This document shows positions 53,169 through 64,000 of a DNA stretch of 64,000 nucleotides, in pieces. Within the stretch, counting starts at the first letter, position 1. Each line of letters opens with the position of its first letter. The DNA lies in the NCBI GenBank assembly GCA_965287045.1, contig OZ336880.1, positions 46,624,001-46,688,000 of the forward strand, read 5' to 3'. A program made the translations under genes and the position numbers. The notes beneath the pieces were generated by a model that had not been told where the DNA came from, did not search any database, and saw only the letters and a list, made by a program, of their open reading frames with translations. Source of the stretch: Carcharhinus amblyrhynchos. Its lineage: Eukaryota.

Positions 53169-54938
53169 TCATTGATCAGGATATGAGAAGGGGGACTTAG
53201 TGGTAGGGGATGGGGATATGGCTAAGGTCTTGAATAACTTTTTTGTTTCTGTCTTCACGGAGGAGGACGTGAATAATTTGCCGGATGTTAGAGATGGAAA
53301 GGTGGTAGGACTGGAGGGTCTTAATGACATTACTGTTACTAGAGAGGCAGTGCTCGACAGACTGGAGGGGCTGATTGTGGACAAGTCGCCAGGACCGGAT
53401 GGAATGCATCCGAGGGTTCTGAAAGAAATGGCGGAGGTGATAGTGGATGCCTTGGTGGTTATTTTCCAGACGTCGCTGGATTCCGGGGAAGTGCCGGAAG
53501 ATTGGAAAACGGCTAATGTTACGCCGTTGTTTAAGAAGGGTGCCAGGCAAAAGGCGGGGAATTATAGGCCGGTTAGGTAAAACGTTAGAATCTGTCATCA
53601 AGGAGGAAATAGTGAGGCATCTTGAGAGGAATTGCTTGATAGAGCAGACGCAGCACGGTTTCGTTAAAGGGAAGTCGTGTCTGACAAATTTACTGGAGTT
53701 CTATGAGGATGTGTCTAGGGCGGTGGATAGAGGAGAGCCGGTGGATGTGGTCTTTCTTGATTTTCAGAAGGCGTTTGACAAGGTACCTCACAAGAGGTTA
53801 TTGCAGAAGGTCAGGGGACATGGAGTTGGGGGTAGGGTGTTAGCGTGGATAGAGGATTGGTTGTCAAATAGGAGGCAGAGAGTGGGGGTCAATGGGTGCT
53901 ATTCGGATTGGCGGTTGGTGACTAGTGGAGTGCCCCAGGGGTCGGTGCTGGGGCCTCAGCTATTTACTATTTATATAGATGATCTGGAGAAGGGAACCGA
54001 GTGTAGGGTGTTGAAATTTGCTGATGACACCAAGATTGGTGGAACGGCAAATTGTGCAGAGGGTGTGGAGAGTCTACAGAAGGATCTAGATAGGCTGGGC
54101 GAATGGGCCAGGAAATGGCAAATGGAATTTAATGTTGGCAAATGTGAGGTGGTCCACTTTGGTAGGAAGGACTATTACTTACGTGGCGAAAAACTGCAGT
54201 AGGCGACGGTGCAGAGGGACCTCGGGGTCCTTGTGCATGAGTCGCAAAAACCCAGCTTGCAGGTGCAGCAGGTGGTCAGGAAGGCGAATGGGATGCTGGC
54301 CTTCATAGCGAGGGGGATTGAATATAAAAGTAGGGAGGTCTTGCTGCTGCTGAATAGGGCATTGGTGAGGCCGCAGCTGGAGTACTGTGTGCAGTTTTGG
54401 TCGCCGCACTTACGCAAGGATATTTTGGCCTTGGAGTGAGTGCAGAGGAGGTTTACTAGGCTGATGCCAGAGTTGAGGGAGTTGAGCTATGAGGAGAGGC
54501 TGAATAAATTAGACTTGTACTCGTTAGAGTTTAGAAGAATGAGGGGAGATCTCATTGAGACGTACAAGATGATGAATGGGATGGATAGGATAGAGGTGGA
54601 GAGACTCTTCCCGCTCAGAAAGGATAGTAGGACTAGGGGGCACAGCCTCAAGATAAAGGGGGGGCGCGGTTTAGAACGGAGTTGAGGAGGAACTTCTTCA
54701 CTCAAAGGGTGGTGAATCTCTGGAATTCTCTGCCCGTTGAAGTGGTGGAGGCTACCTCGCTAAATATTTTTAAGACGCGGGTTGATGGGTTTTTGATAAG
54801 AGAGGGGATTAAGGGTTATGGGGAGAGGGCGGGAATGTGGAACTGAGCCACGACAGATCAGCCATGATCTTATTGAATGGCGGAGCAGGCTCGAAGGGCT
54901 AGATGGCCTACTCCTGCTCCTATTTCTTATGTTCTTAT
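53169..54938 (+). mobile_element. Young CR1 LINE, 5'-truncated, containing most of the RT domain
   Basis: KSPGPDGMHPRVLKE, QHGFVKGKSCLTNL, LDFQKAFDKVPH, SGVPQGSVLGP, KFADDTK. Small deletions and stops. Candidate TSD AAGGAG (53163-53168 and 54939-54944). Confidence 0.97.
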
Positions 54939-55215
54939 AAGGAGCCAATCACACTGAAGAATTCTCATGGTCAGCAAACCAGGAAGTAAAAACCAGGATG
55001 ATACTTAATTTTTTGGAATAGTTTCACAGAGCAAAATAAAAGATTTGGATATTTAAAACGGGATTATGGTAGAAGCTGAAAATAAACTTCAATAACCACA
55101 AGTTACTTGAAAATATCTGTTTTGTTATCATAATGGAGAAATTAGAAGTTCTGCAAATATAAAATTATTTTTTTCAGAGCCTGAGAGGTTGTTTATCATT
55201 AACAGCACAGTTGGA

Positions 55216-55510
55216 TTTTTTTTTGCATTTCTTTTATTCAATAAAATGCAAATAACATTAGAGATTTCAGCTCCTTCACAGTCAAACCTGGAGGCAGGGA
55301 CTGTCTCAGTTTTTCAGCCTTTCCTTTATCTGTGATAACTAGTGTGTACAGGTACCTGCTGCACCACGCTTTGAATTTTACATTGTCCTTGTTCTTCTTA
55401 ATTTTGACAGATTTTGCACCCTTTCTTCTTGCTATTAACAAAAAGTCTTTGATTTCTGTAATAATCCCAGGCATGGTTACGTTGAGTTTAGCAGCGGGGA
55501 GACAGCCCAC
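55216..55510 (-). pseudogene. RPL38: Processed RPL38 (eL38) retrocopy; ORF 55474-55238
   Basis: Intronless [70 protein letters not shown], 60/70 identical to human RPL38 as recalled. Native stop lost (+8 aa). AATAAA then an A9 tract (55216-55224). Confidence 0.93.
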
Positions 55511-56068
55511 GTTCTGAGCCTCATTGAGCAAAATTGTATAAACATATAAATGTCAATTCAAAATATGTTGGAAGATCTGTGGGGAATTCACTCCATGTGG
55601 AGAAACAGGGAGTCACTTTTTGATATCTACATTTAACTGCACAATTGCAAATGCTCAGAGTTTCTGTCAGTTTCACAGTTACACTAAAGGTGAACATGGA
55701 CAGATTTTCCATCTTAAAAAGGCAAAATCTGGGTCCTTATGTTGTATTTAAATTTTAAGGATGATATATCGGGAATTCAGAAAATTAATACAGACACTCC
55801 AAGATCAATGCTTTGTCTCTATAACCACGGCTCATTTTCATTAATAAGTTTCCTATATCAGTAGTTTACATTTCAGTACTTGGTCTGTTATACTGATCGC
55901 ATTTCATTGCTGACATCCTTACAACATTAGACTCGTCTGAATATATTCTGTTCTTCTGTTGCACAAAAACATTCCCAGTAAAGGCTCCTTCATTAAGACC
56001 TGGATAAGTATCTTGATAGAAACAAAAGTGGAGGTTATAGTCATTGGTATGGTACAGCAAAACATTTA

Positions 56069-56193
56069 GGAGGAATTTTCCCATCCCATCTGCCACGGGA
56101 ATCGTAGCGGGCAGGCAGTGGACCATGCAAAGGTCCTTAGACCTCGGGCAGGATTTTCCAGTTTTGGGGTGAGCTCAGCCAGAAAATCTCGCC
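56069..56193. mobile_element. Short MITE
   Basis: GGAGGAATTTTCC../..GAAAATCTCGCC. Body is approximately the reverse complement of the 61820-62130 MITE without its SINE insert. Confidence 0.65.
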
Positions 56194-56639
56194 TTTAATC
56201 TCATTTCAAACTTTCTAATTTTAGACCTGTGTCCTCAGTCAAAGCCAAATAACCTGCTTCATCTATCTCAACTATGCATCTCAGTATTTAAAAAACCTGG
56301 ATCACATCTTTATTCCCCTAATGAAAATATTTTAACTGAGTTTCTACACCAAAATCTGCTATGCTTCTCTGAAATCATTCCTAGTGCATTATAATCCTGA
56401 TGAAAGCAGGGTATAAAATATTCCAAAAGTGACCTCTCCAAAGATCTATATAAGCATTAGAATGACTTAATTTAGTTTGTGATCAAACAGCCTTGAAATT
56501 TATCTGAGTATTTGATTAGTTTTGTTCATAATTACTTCAAATTACCTTGAAATTTTCAGTGAACAATTATTAGTTATACCCAAATTGTGTTTCATCATGA
56601 CTCAGAAAAACACCCTTTGATCATGTCCAATAAATAGTA

Positions 56640-57324
56640 CTTCCTGCCCACCGCCTGGCTGTCCACCCCTTCCATACCACAATTTTACCAGTGGCAGGAA
56701 TGGTGTCAGGTGGACCGCCCACCAGTGGGCCAATTGAGGCCTTTAACGGAGCAATTAATTCCCACTAAAGGGCTTCATCCGACTGCCACCTGGACCTACC
56801 TGGCAGCAGGAGAGGCTCACACCAAGTGCCCAGCCGACAAGTTTCCCTGTACTTGCTAATGGTAAGCAGGGGAGCTTCCGCCTTAACGGGTCTCCTGAAC
56901 TCACCAGAGGGCTCCCTGCAAGATGCAACTCCACTCCCAGATTCCCCTTCCTGTATTGGTCTCTTCCCAACCATCCCCTCCCCCCCAAATTCCTGACTTA
57001 TTACTTGATATCCAGGTAGACGCTTGACTCCTGGATGGGATGGATGGATCCAGTGGAGCACACCTCTTCCCAGCCTCACTGCAGTACCAACAGTGGCCAT
57101 TGCTCATGGCAGCACTGGTGGTATTAGGCAGCTAGCAGCTTCTGACTGGCCAGCAACTCCTCTTCCCGAAGGGTGGAAGTCTGACCTCACCTGTCTCAAT
57201 TGGCAAATGAGCACATAATGACTTCTGGACAACTGTAGGTCTGCTGGGTAGGCTTCCCCCTAACCGCTTAACTGAGGGACTGGGAGAGGCACTCAGAGAC
57301 TGCATGCACTGCAAAATCCAGCCC
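56640..57324. mobile_element. Larger non-autonomous DNA transposon relic
   Basis: Ends GCAAAATCCAGCCC (family TIR) and has shared internal motifs. Confidence 0.55.
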
Positions 57325-57884
57325 AAATGCTTTGTTTCTCAGCGTTCAGATCTGGCCGATAATTTTCAGCATTTTCTGTTTTAATTTCAATTTCTCAGCA
57401 TCTACAGTGTTTTGTGTTTGACTCAGTTACATGTTACTTTTCACCAGCAGAGCTATTGGGAGAATTTTATTTGCTAGTTACCTCATTAACAATTGTTACA
57501 CAGATCAACAGGCACAACAACTACAGGCACAACATTGGCATTTACCTGACAAAGTGGAAAGTTGTCTGGGTACATCCTTGTCCATGAAAAGCAAGACAAA
57601 TCGAATCATGCAAATTTACCACCCCATTAGACATTCTCAATCATCAGCAAGTTAATGAGAGAGGTTGTTAAAATGGTATCATACACCCATAACCTGCTTG
57701 TCAATATTCTGCCAAGGCCACTCAGTTCCAGACTTTATTATGGCCTTCGTCTAAACATGAACAAAAAAAAAATTTTCCTGAGGCGAGGTGGGTGAGAATG
57801 TTGCCTGGCCTGTAAAGCAGAATTTGACAAAATGTGACGTTAAAAGTAAAATTAAAGTCAAATTAAAGGAAAAAAACTGCACTG

Positions 57885-58670
57885 CCTGAAGAAATACCCA
57901 GCACAAAGGAAGCTGGTTCCGGTTGTTGGAGGTCAACCACCTCAGCTCCAGAATATCACTGCAGGGTTTTCACAGGGCAGTGTCCGAGACCCAACCATTA
58001 ACACACTGCTTCATCAATGATTTTCCATCAATCGGTGGGCCAGAAACAGGGAGATTTGTAGTGTTCAGTTCCAATTGCAACTTCTCAGATAATATAGTAG
58101 TTCAGTCCAGATGCAACAGGTTCCAGTTAGACTTGGGTTGATAAGTGGCAAGTAAGGCACACTGCACTAGCCAGGCAAAGAACATCTTCAGAAAGGAGAA
58201 CCTAACCTTTTCCACTTGGCATTCAATGGCTTTATCATCATCAAATTCTCCAGCATCAATATTCTGAGTCACCATTGACCAAAAACTTGACAGAATTCCC
58301 AGCTATGTCTGGTTCAGTTATGAGTGACTCACTGCTTGATTAACCCCTCCCCCAAACTTATTCCTCCTTCTAAAAGGCACAAGGCAGTAAAGTGATGAAA
58401 TTATCCTTGAGTGGCCTGGTTGAATGCTGTTCCAATAACATTCAAGAATCCAACACCGAACAGGACAAAGCAGCCATGTGATTAACACTTGATTTCCCAA
58501 CAGTAAACATTTTCTCCCAGTGTATACCACGTGCAAGATGCAACACACCAAGTTGTCAAAGTTTTTTCCAACAGCACCAGCCAAAAAAAAACATGACTTA
58601 TGCCATTTGGAAGGACAAGGGTTTGCAGGTACTGGGGCAAGTTCCCTTCCATGTCAGACACAATCCTGAT
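57885..58670 (+). mobile_element. Degenerate CR1/L2-type LINE 3' fragment
   Basis: Remnants resembling GVPQGSVLGPT (CAGGGTTTTCACAGGGCAGTGTCC) and downstream ORF2. Confidence 0.55.
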
Positions 58671-59660
58671 GTGGAAATGTGGAAAAGGTTTGGCATTGTA
58701 AAAAGTACCATGCAGAATTCTCTCAAAACATTTCTAGTGTCATAACAGTGAGAATAATGGAGTGAACAGTGCCAGTCTCTTTGGTGTGCTCTGCACTGCA
58801 ATCCACTGACACTTAGTGCACTGAAAAAGCCTCCCAGTGAATCATGTTGGCATGGAGTCCACAGGCATGTGACTTGCCTGAGGTGGCCACAATTGTGCAA
58901 CGTTAATAAGGGGAGCTGCATTTAAACGCTTCCACTATACTCACAGCCAGTCACGCCAGGACAGCTGCTGGATGCCATGGAGGAGGGGTAGCCATCCTGC
59001 ACCCCCAGGAGGGAGCACAACCCAGGAGCAGGAACTCCAATGCAGCTGAATCACTGGCCATGGCAGTCTGTACCCACGATCTGGCACTGAAGATCAGCAC
59101 CCAATGCAGAAGATGATGAATGATTTGATTTGAGCTGCAAGGGTGAGTGTCCATCCATCTTGTCCCTGCATCTGTCCCATTCATCACACTGAAATATCCA
59201 CCTCGATCCGCTCCCTGATGTCCAACAACTGACCCCCATCCCTAGCATCCTCCTTAAATCCCATGATACCCCGTCACAACCTCTGTCTGGCAAGGCACAG
59301 TGCTGAGCTATGCCACCCAATCCCCACCCCCAGCAGACCCTTGCAGCTGCTGTCAGTCCTTCAGTCCCAGGTTCCTCCTCAGCCTCATCCTCCACACCCT
59401 CTTGGTCCTCCTGCTCCTCCTCCTCCTCCTCCAGGATGTCACCCCATTGCAGCGCCAGGCTGTGGAGTGCACAGCAGACCACCATAATGCAGAAGACTTT
59501 CTGGGACTGTACTGCAGGGCCCTGTCAGAGCAGTCCAGGCAGCAGAACTGCATCTTCAGTGGGCCGATGCACTGCTCCACAATGGACCATGGGCCATATT
59601 ATAGTGGGTCTCCACCCTGGTTTCAGGCCTCTGCACTGGCACCATCAGCCATGACCTTAG
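58670..59660 (-). mobile_element. Second PIF/Harbinger relic (transposase C-terminus on minus)
   Basis: MEQCIGPLKMQFCCLDCSDRALQYSPRK followed (after a frameshift) by VVCCALHSLALQWGD and an acidic tail. Matches Harbinger IEQTIGLLKMRFRCLDRSGGALQY..CCxLHN. Confidence 0.85.
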
Positions 59661-59893
59661 TGGGTAGCCTTTGCTGAAAAAGAAACTGTTTTCCCATTCA
59701 TACGTGCACTATAGAAATCGTACTATCATCGGTGAACACACTGAAAACAGGAGGTCTGACCAAGCCAATTAAAACCCTCTGCACTTATTAGAAATGCATT
59801 CATTGGCATCTTGCAAGACACATCTAAACCCAATATTACTTGAATGCAAGAGCAATTGACCAGTTTTTGCCTACAATCTGACAAAGATATAAT

Positions 59894-60097
59894 GGGGAAA
59901 TTTCTGGCTTCCCCCAGCGTGTTTTTTGTGGTGGGAGGTGAAGCACCATTCACCAGCAGCAGGATCTTCATGTTCCGTCACTGTCGATGGGATTTCCCGT
60001 TCACTATACCCCATGCCACTGGAAAATCCATGGCAGGGGGGTGCCATCGATAGGACCAGAAGATCCCTCCAGCGTGAACAGCTATAGAATTCCGGCC
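59894..60097. mobile_element. MITE with 3-bp AAT target-site duplication
   Basis: AAT|GGGGAAATTTC...GAATTCCGGCC|AAT. Confidence 0.65.
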
Positions 60098-60658
60098 AAT
60101 ATTCCCTCAGAAAAACATTCATTTGGTGAACTGTCCTTGTTGTCACCAACAGTAACAAGTCAAGACCAAATTTTTTTCTGAATTCTGATTTTCTACCCAC
60201 GTTTCCAGCCAACGTTATGACCACCTTTTTCCAGTGTAGCTTGACAGAGATACCAACTAAGAAGCAGAATAATTGGGAAAAGAAAGCTCAAACAGCATCT
60301 CTTATGTATTAAAAATGAGAGTATTCTCAGGATTCCAAAGGAACTAACAGCCTATGTAAAAGCAGACCTCATGGCAGCCTTCCTACTCAGACTACACAAA
60401 GATTACATCATGAACAGTAAAAAACTGTTGCTGTACAGAAATCCTGTAACCCTAAACAGAAATATTGTATTCATCTCGTTCACCAATCTCCTTCAGGGAA
60501 GGAAATTTGAGGAATCAATGAAAGGGAGGTGTAAGGAGAGAATTTCATAGCTTAAGGCTTAAGCTGCTTAAGGCATGGTCACCGGGAGTTGGCAAAATAA
60601 ATGGGGAATGCACACAAGACCAGAATTGGAAGTATGTAGAGGTCTCAGGTGTTTCTCC

Positions 60659-61416
60659 TGTTATAATTCGGGACAGAAACTTCAAAATGTTTTATAAAGT
60701 CTGCTTTGATCATAAGTTTTGCAGTTTTAATTTGGCTGGGTGAGCACAAAATATTTCACTTCTGATATAATTCAACTGATCCACTAAGAAGCTTTTATCA
60801 AAAAGTTTATTTCTGTGTACAGTTAACATGTACAGCAAGAAAATTAGCAATAACTTTTACCAATTGCAAACAAGAAAAAACAATCATGATATTGTGTAAA
60901 CCTAACAGCTAAACACTGTAACAATAAAACAAATCCCACAAACAAAACCTTTGCCACAGGTTTAACATAGCAAAGACTAACACTCATGTGATATTGGAAT
61001 TTAGTCCTTTGGTTGGATGCTGCAGTTTTCTTGAGGCACACAGACAAGCTTGGAGTCAGAATAGCTTCCAAAACACCAGGGAGAGAAACTCTAGTCAGGC
61101 AAACCATCAACAACAGATTTTCTACTCCAGGAAGGCCGGGAACCTTGCTTCCAGTTCACAATAGGATTTCCAAAATCAGTGAGAGAGAGAGAAAGAAAAG
61201 CACTTCTTTTCAGCTTGATGCCCACCCCTTCTAAACTAAAGCCGAAACTGAATCCTGCGATTTTTTCTTGTGGAGGAGCCACCTGACTTTGACTTGTCAA
61301 TCAATCTTCACTCTCTCAGTGCAAGGTCACAAAAGATCCCAGAGTAAGAGTAAACATAACCCCATTTAAACCATTCAAGTAGCAATAAAAGAACTCTAGC
61401 AGACAGCCCAGCAACA
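60659..61416. mobile_element. Possible LTR-like element
   Basis: Begins TGTTATAA, has LTR-like composition and a possible ..CAACA end. Weak support. Confidence 0.3.
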
Positions 61417-61819
61417 TTCAAAAAAATGCTTCAGTGGAATTGTTCATATTTCAAGTTCTGAAATTACTATTCCCTTGTTTCACCATTCCATCAATGCTCA
61501 GCTCCACAGCCACAACTGACACATGTCAATGGATTTCTAAAAGCATCTCTTCATATCTACATTGGATATTCTCTCAGATTCTGAGTTATCACATTGCACT
61601 GGTTTATAGTGTATTTCTTTGGCTGTTTCCTGGAAGGAATAAAAAGGATTCACACTTGAAATGAATATCTGGAGATTATCGTGGGTATAGTTTGGGCTTC
61701 CATGTAACATTAATTGTTGTCCTATTGTCATCCATTAGTTGCTAAGGTTATATAGGAGAAGGTGAAGGCAGGGAGGGACTTGAACATGAGGTTGAGAAAT
61801 TGGTGGACCAGGAGGCAAT

Positions 61820-62130
61820 GGGTGGGATTTTACGGCCTCACTCCTCCCAAAACTAGCTTAGATCAATCGGCCATGCTACATTGCCCCTTATATCCTGGGA
61901 TGTGTAACTTAGAGGGTTTAGCAGGGTAAAGATCTGGGGTTTTGGGGATAGGGCCTGGGTGGGAGTGTTGTCAGTGCAGACTTGATGGGCTGAATGGCCT
62001 TCTTCTGCACTGTAGGGTTTCTATGATTCTATGAAACAGTAAAATCTAGCCCAAAGTCAACAGACCTTTCCACAGTCCACCCCTTGCCTGCTCTGATTTC
62101 CACGGCGAGTGGGACGGTAAAATTCCGGCC
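61820..62130. mobile_element. Harbinger-type MITE (AAT TSD) with a nested HE1 SINE 3' half (about 61857-62034, plus)
   Basis: AAT|GGGTGGGATTTTAC...GTAAAATTCCGGCC|AAT. The insert ends TTCTATGATTCTATGA. Confidence 0.85.
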
Positions 62131-62412
62131 AATTATTTCAGCTCAGTGAACAGGGTATATTCAAAGCCTACAGTCATTGTTACCAAACAAAATACCTTGC
62201 AACTTTCTCTCAATATATAATTTGAGTCTTTCTTTGATCACGAACAAGTGCCAGGATTTCTATCAACAGAATAAATTACACGACCTTTTCACATCCCCAA
62301 AATGTCCCAAATTATAATAATCTTACAAATCTTATAATTGTAACAATATTCTCATTCTTGTGTTACCATCAAGCCAGATTCAACGTGGTCTCTAGATGGG
62401 TATGCCGGAAAT

Positions 62413-62548
62413 AGCGTTGCATATGCCTGAAAGCTGGACATCAGTCTAATAATGCTACATCACCAGACCATTTAAAACTGTACCATATAATGGTCTGGTG
62501 ATGTAGCATTATTAGATTGATGTCCAGCTTTCAGGTATATGCAACGCT
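62413..62548. repeat. 60-bp inverted repeat with a 16-nt loop
   Basis: 62413-62472 versus 62489-62548 are reverse complements at 58/60 positions. Confidence 0.97.
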
Positions 62549-62639
62549 GTAGCATACGTAGACTGGAAAGAAAGCCGAGCTCTTACACAATTGATTGATC
62601 AGAAGAAAGCTCCATGGCCTTGTTAGGTTCAGTTGAACA

Positions 62640-63275
62640 TACCCTACTCAGCCTCCTCCCAAGGTCCCTAACATAATACCAGCGTCCAACTAACTGGGTT
62701 CACTCCACATGGCATTAAGGTGCAGTTGAATGCTTGCCCCTGACTATAGAGCTACAGCCTATCACCTCCAGTGTGAAAAATTGCCTGGGTTATGTACAGC
62801 CCACAAAAAAAGATATATCCCAGTTAATTACCACATTGCTAGACTCCTTCCAGTCATTAGCAATATACTTGAAATAGTTAGTAATGATCAAGTGATATAC
62901 ATTGACCTGAAGCCCAATTTCCAAAACTTTGTTGACTTCCACAAGATTCATTTAGCTCCAAGCCTCTTTGGAGCATGGATTCATTCATAAACACAACTCC
63001 TGAATGACAGATGAGACCAACTGTTATTGTGCAAATTAAAACATGGGATATCATGTCATGGTTGAGAAAAGGGCAGGATTGACTGCTTAACATTCTAGGA
63101 TATAGGACCTTCAGGTGAGACAGGGAAGACGTAAAAGAGAAGGGGGATGTCACAATTTTGAACAGTGAATCAATTACAGCGGTAAGGAGGGACAAAATCT
63201 TGGAAGGCTCTTCTAATTAAGCCATATAGGTAGAACTTAAAAACCAAAAAGGAGCAATCCCATTGCTGGGAGTGT
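62640..63275 (+). mobile_element. Degenerate LINE (CR1/L2) fragments
   Basis: NYHIARLLPVISNILE resembles NYRPISLLSIISKVME, followed by CR1 endonuclease-like remnants. Confidence 0.55.
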
Positions 63276-63845
63276 TCACTGTGACAGAGTATCATCCAGG
63301 TTTGACACTTTAGCTCTATTCTCTCTCCAAGATGCTGTTAGACCTGTCCAATATTTTCTGTTTTTGTTTGAGAAATTTACTGATCAGCTCCATCCACCAG
63401 GCCGCCAATAATGAAACAACCATGTCAACGTGTTGCAGGATCTGGAAAACCTCAAACTAGCAGGTTGCAGTAACACAGACTGCATGGTTAAAACTCAGTT
63501 AGATCAGGATTTCTACAATATTGGATGTAACCTTGTCCGCATCAGGCACAATAAAGTTCTCAATTTAACACTTAACATCTTAATAATTTACTATCAAAAC
63601 ACAGTTATTTTAGTTTTTTTTGTACTTTTTAACCTCGTTCGAAAATTGGCTTAAGTTGCAAAATATGTTTTCGAAACTCCGATTAAGAAAGGAACTGCAC
63701 GTGAAACATTCTCGGCTCATGTAGATAGTGAGAGCCATGAAGAGTTGTGCTCACTGTCAGTGAGAGAGGTTCAGACTGAGGAACAGTTCCCGCTCCCCCC
63801 GCGGCCTCGGTCTCTCTCCTGAACCGGCTGAAGTGTTTGAGCAGC

Positions 63846-63945
63846 NNNNNNNNNNNNNNNNNNNNNNNNNNNNNNNNNNNNNNNNNNNNNNNNNNNNNNN
63901 NNNNNNNNNNNNNNNNNNNNNNNNNNNNNNNNNNNNNNNNNNNNN
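63846..63945. other. Assembly gap (100 N)
   Basis: Run of N. Confidence 1.
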
Positions 63946-64000
63946 CACTTAATGTGGCTGGCTGGACTCTCACTCTGTAGATAAGATTTAACACAGGAGC

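Noticed and set aside
53200-54685. RT ORFs as an active or domesticated reverse transcriptase system
   Set aside because: 5'-truncated CR1 with deletions and stop codons; ordinary LINE copy.
59051-59485. 144-aa acidic ORF as a novel gene
   Set aside because: It is the frameshifted C-terminus of a Harbinger transposase relic.
63683-63845. Minus ORF LLKHFSRFRR.. with donor ACA|GTGAGC as exon 1
   Set aside because: The donor is phase 0 in the open frame, whereas exon 2 needs phase 1. The other frames have stops.

Overview
Vertebrate genomic DNA, almost certainly a shark or other elasmobranch, judged from HE1/V-SINE-type, DeuSINE-type and CR1/HER1-type repeats. The window lies inside the minus-strand gene METAP1D (mitochondrial methionine aminopeptidase 1D). 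Coding exons 2-6 map with canonical AG/GT boundaries between 3214 and 10858. Exons 7-10 lie left of the window. Exon 1 was not found and may lie in the 100-N gap beside a GC/CpG-rich stretch at about 63.8 kb, which would make intron 1 at least about 53 kb. In jawed vertebrates METAP1D flanks the Dlx1/Dlx2 bigene, and its intron 6 (positions 1-3213 here) is where the forebrain enhancer URE2 is expected. Intron 1 is a mosaic of CR1 LINEs (some nested), SINEs, two PIF/Harbinger transposase relics with MITEs, a Gypsy integrase/LTR relic, Penelope-type terminal repeats (one keeps a hammerhead ribozyme core) and an RPL38 retrocopy. Most ORFs in the supplied track are spurious. I found no convincing new multi-gene system. 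The most unusual signals are a 60-bp hairpin whose only mismatches are G.U, a frameshift shared by three diverged CR1 copies, the hammerhead motif and the RPL38 retrocopy. All family assignments come from motif recognition, not database searches.
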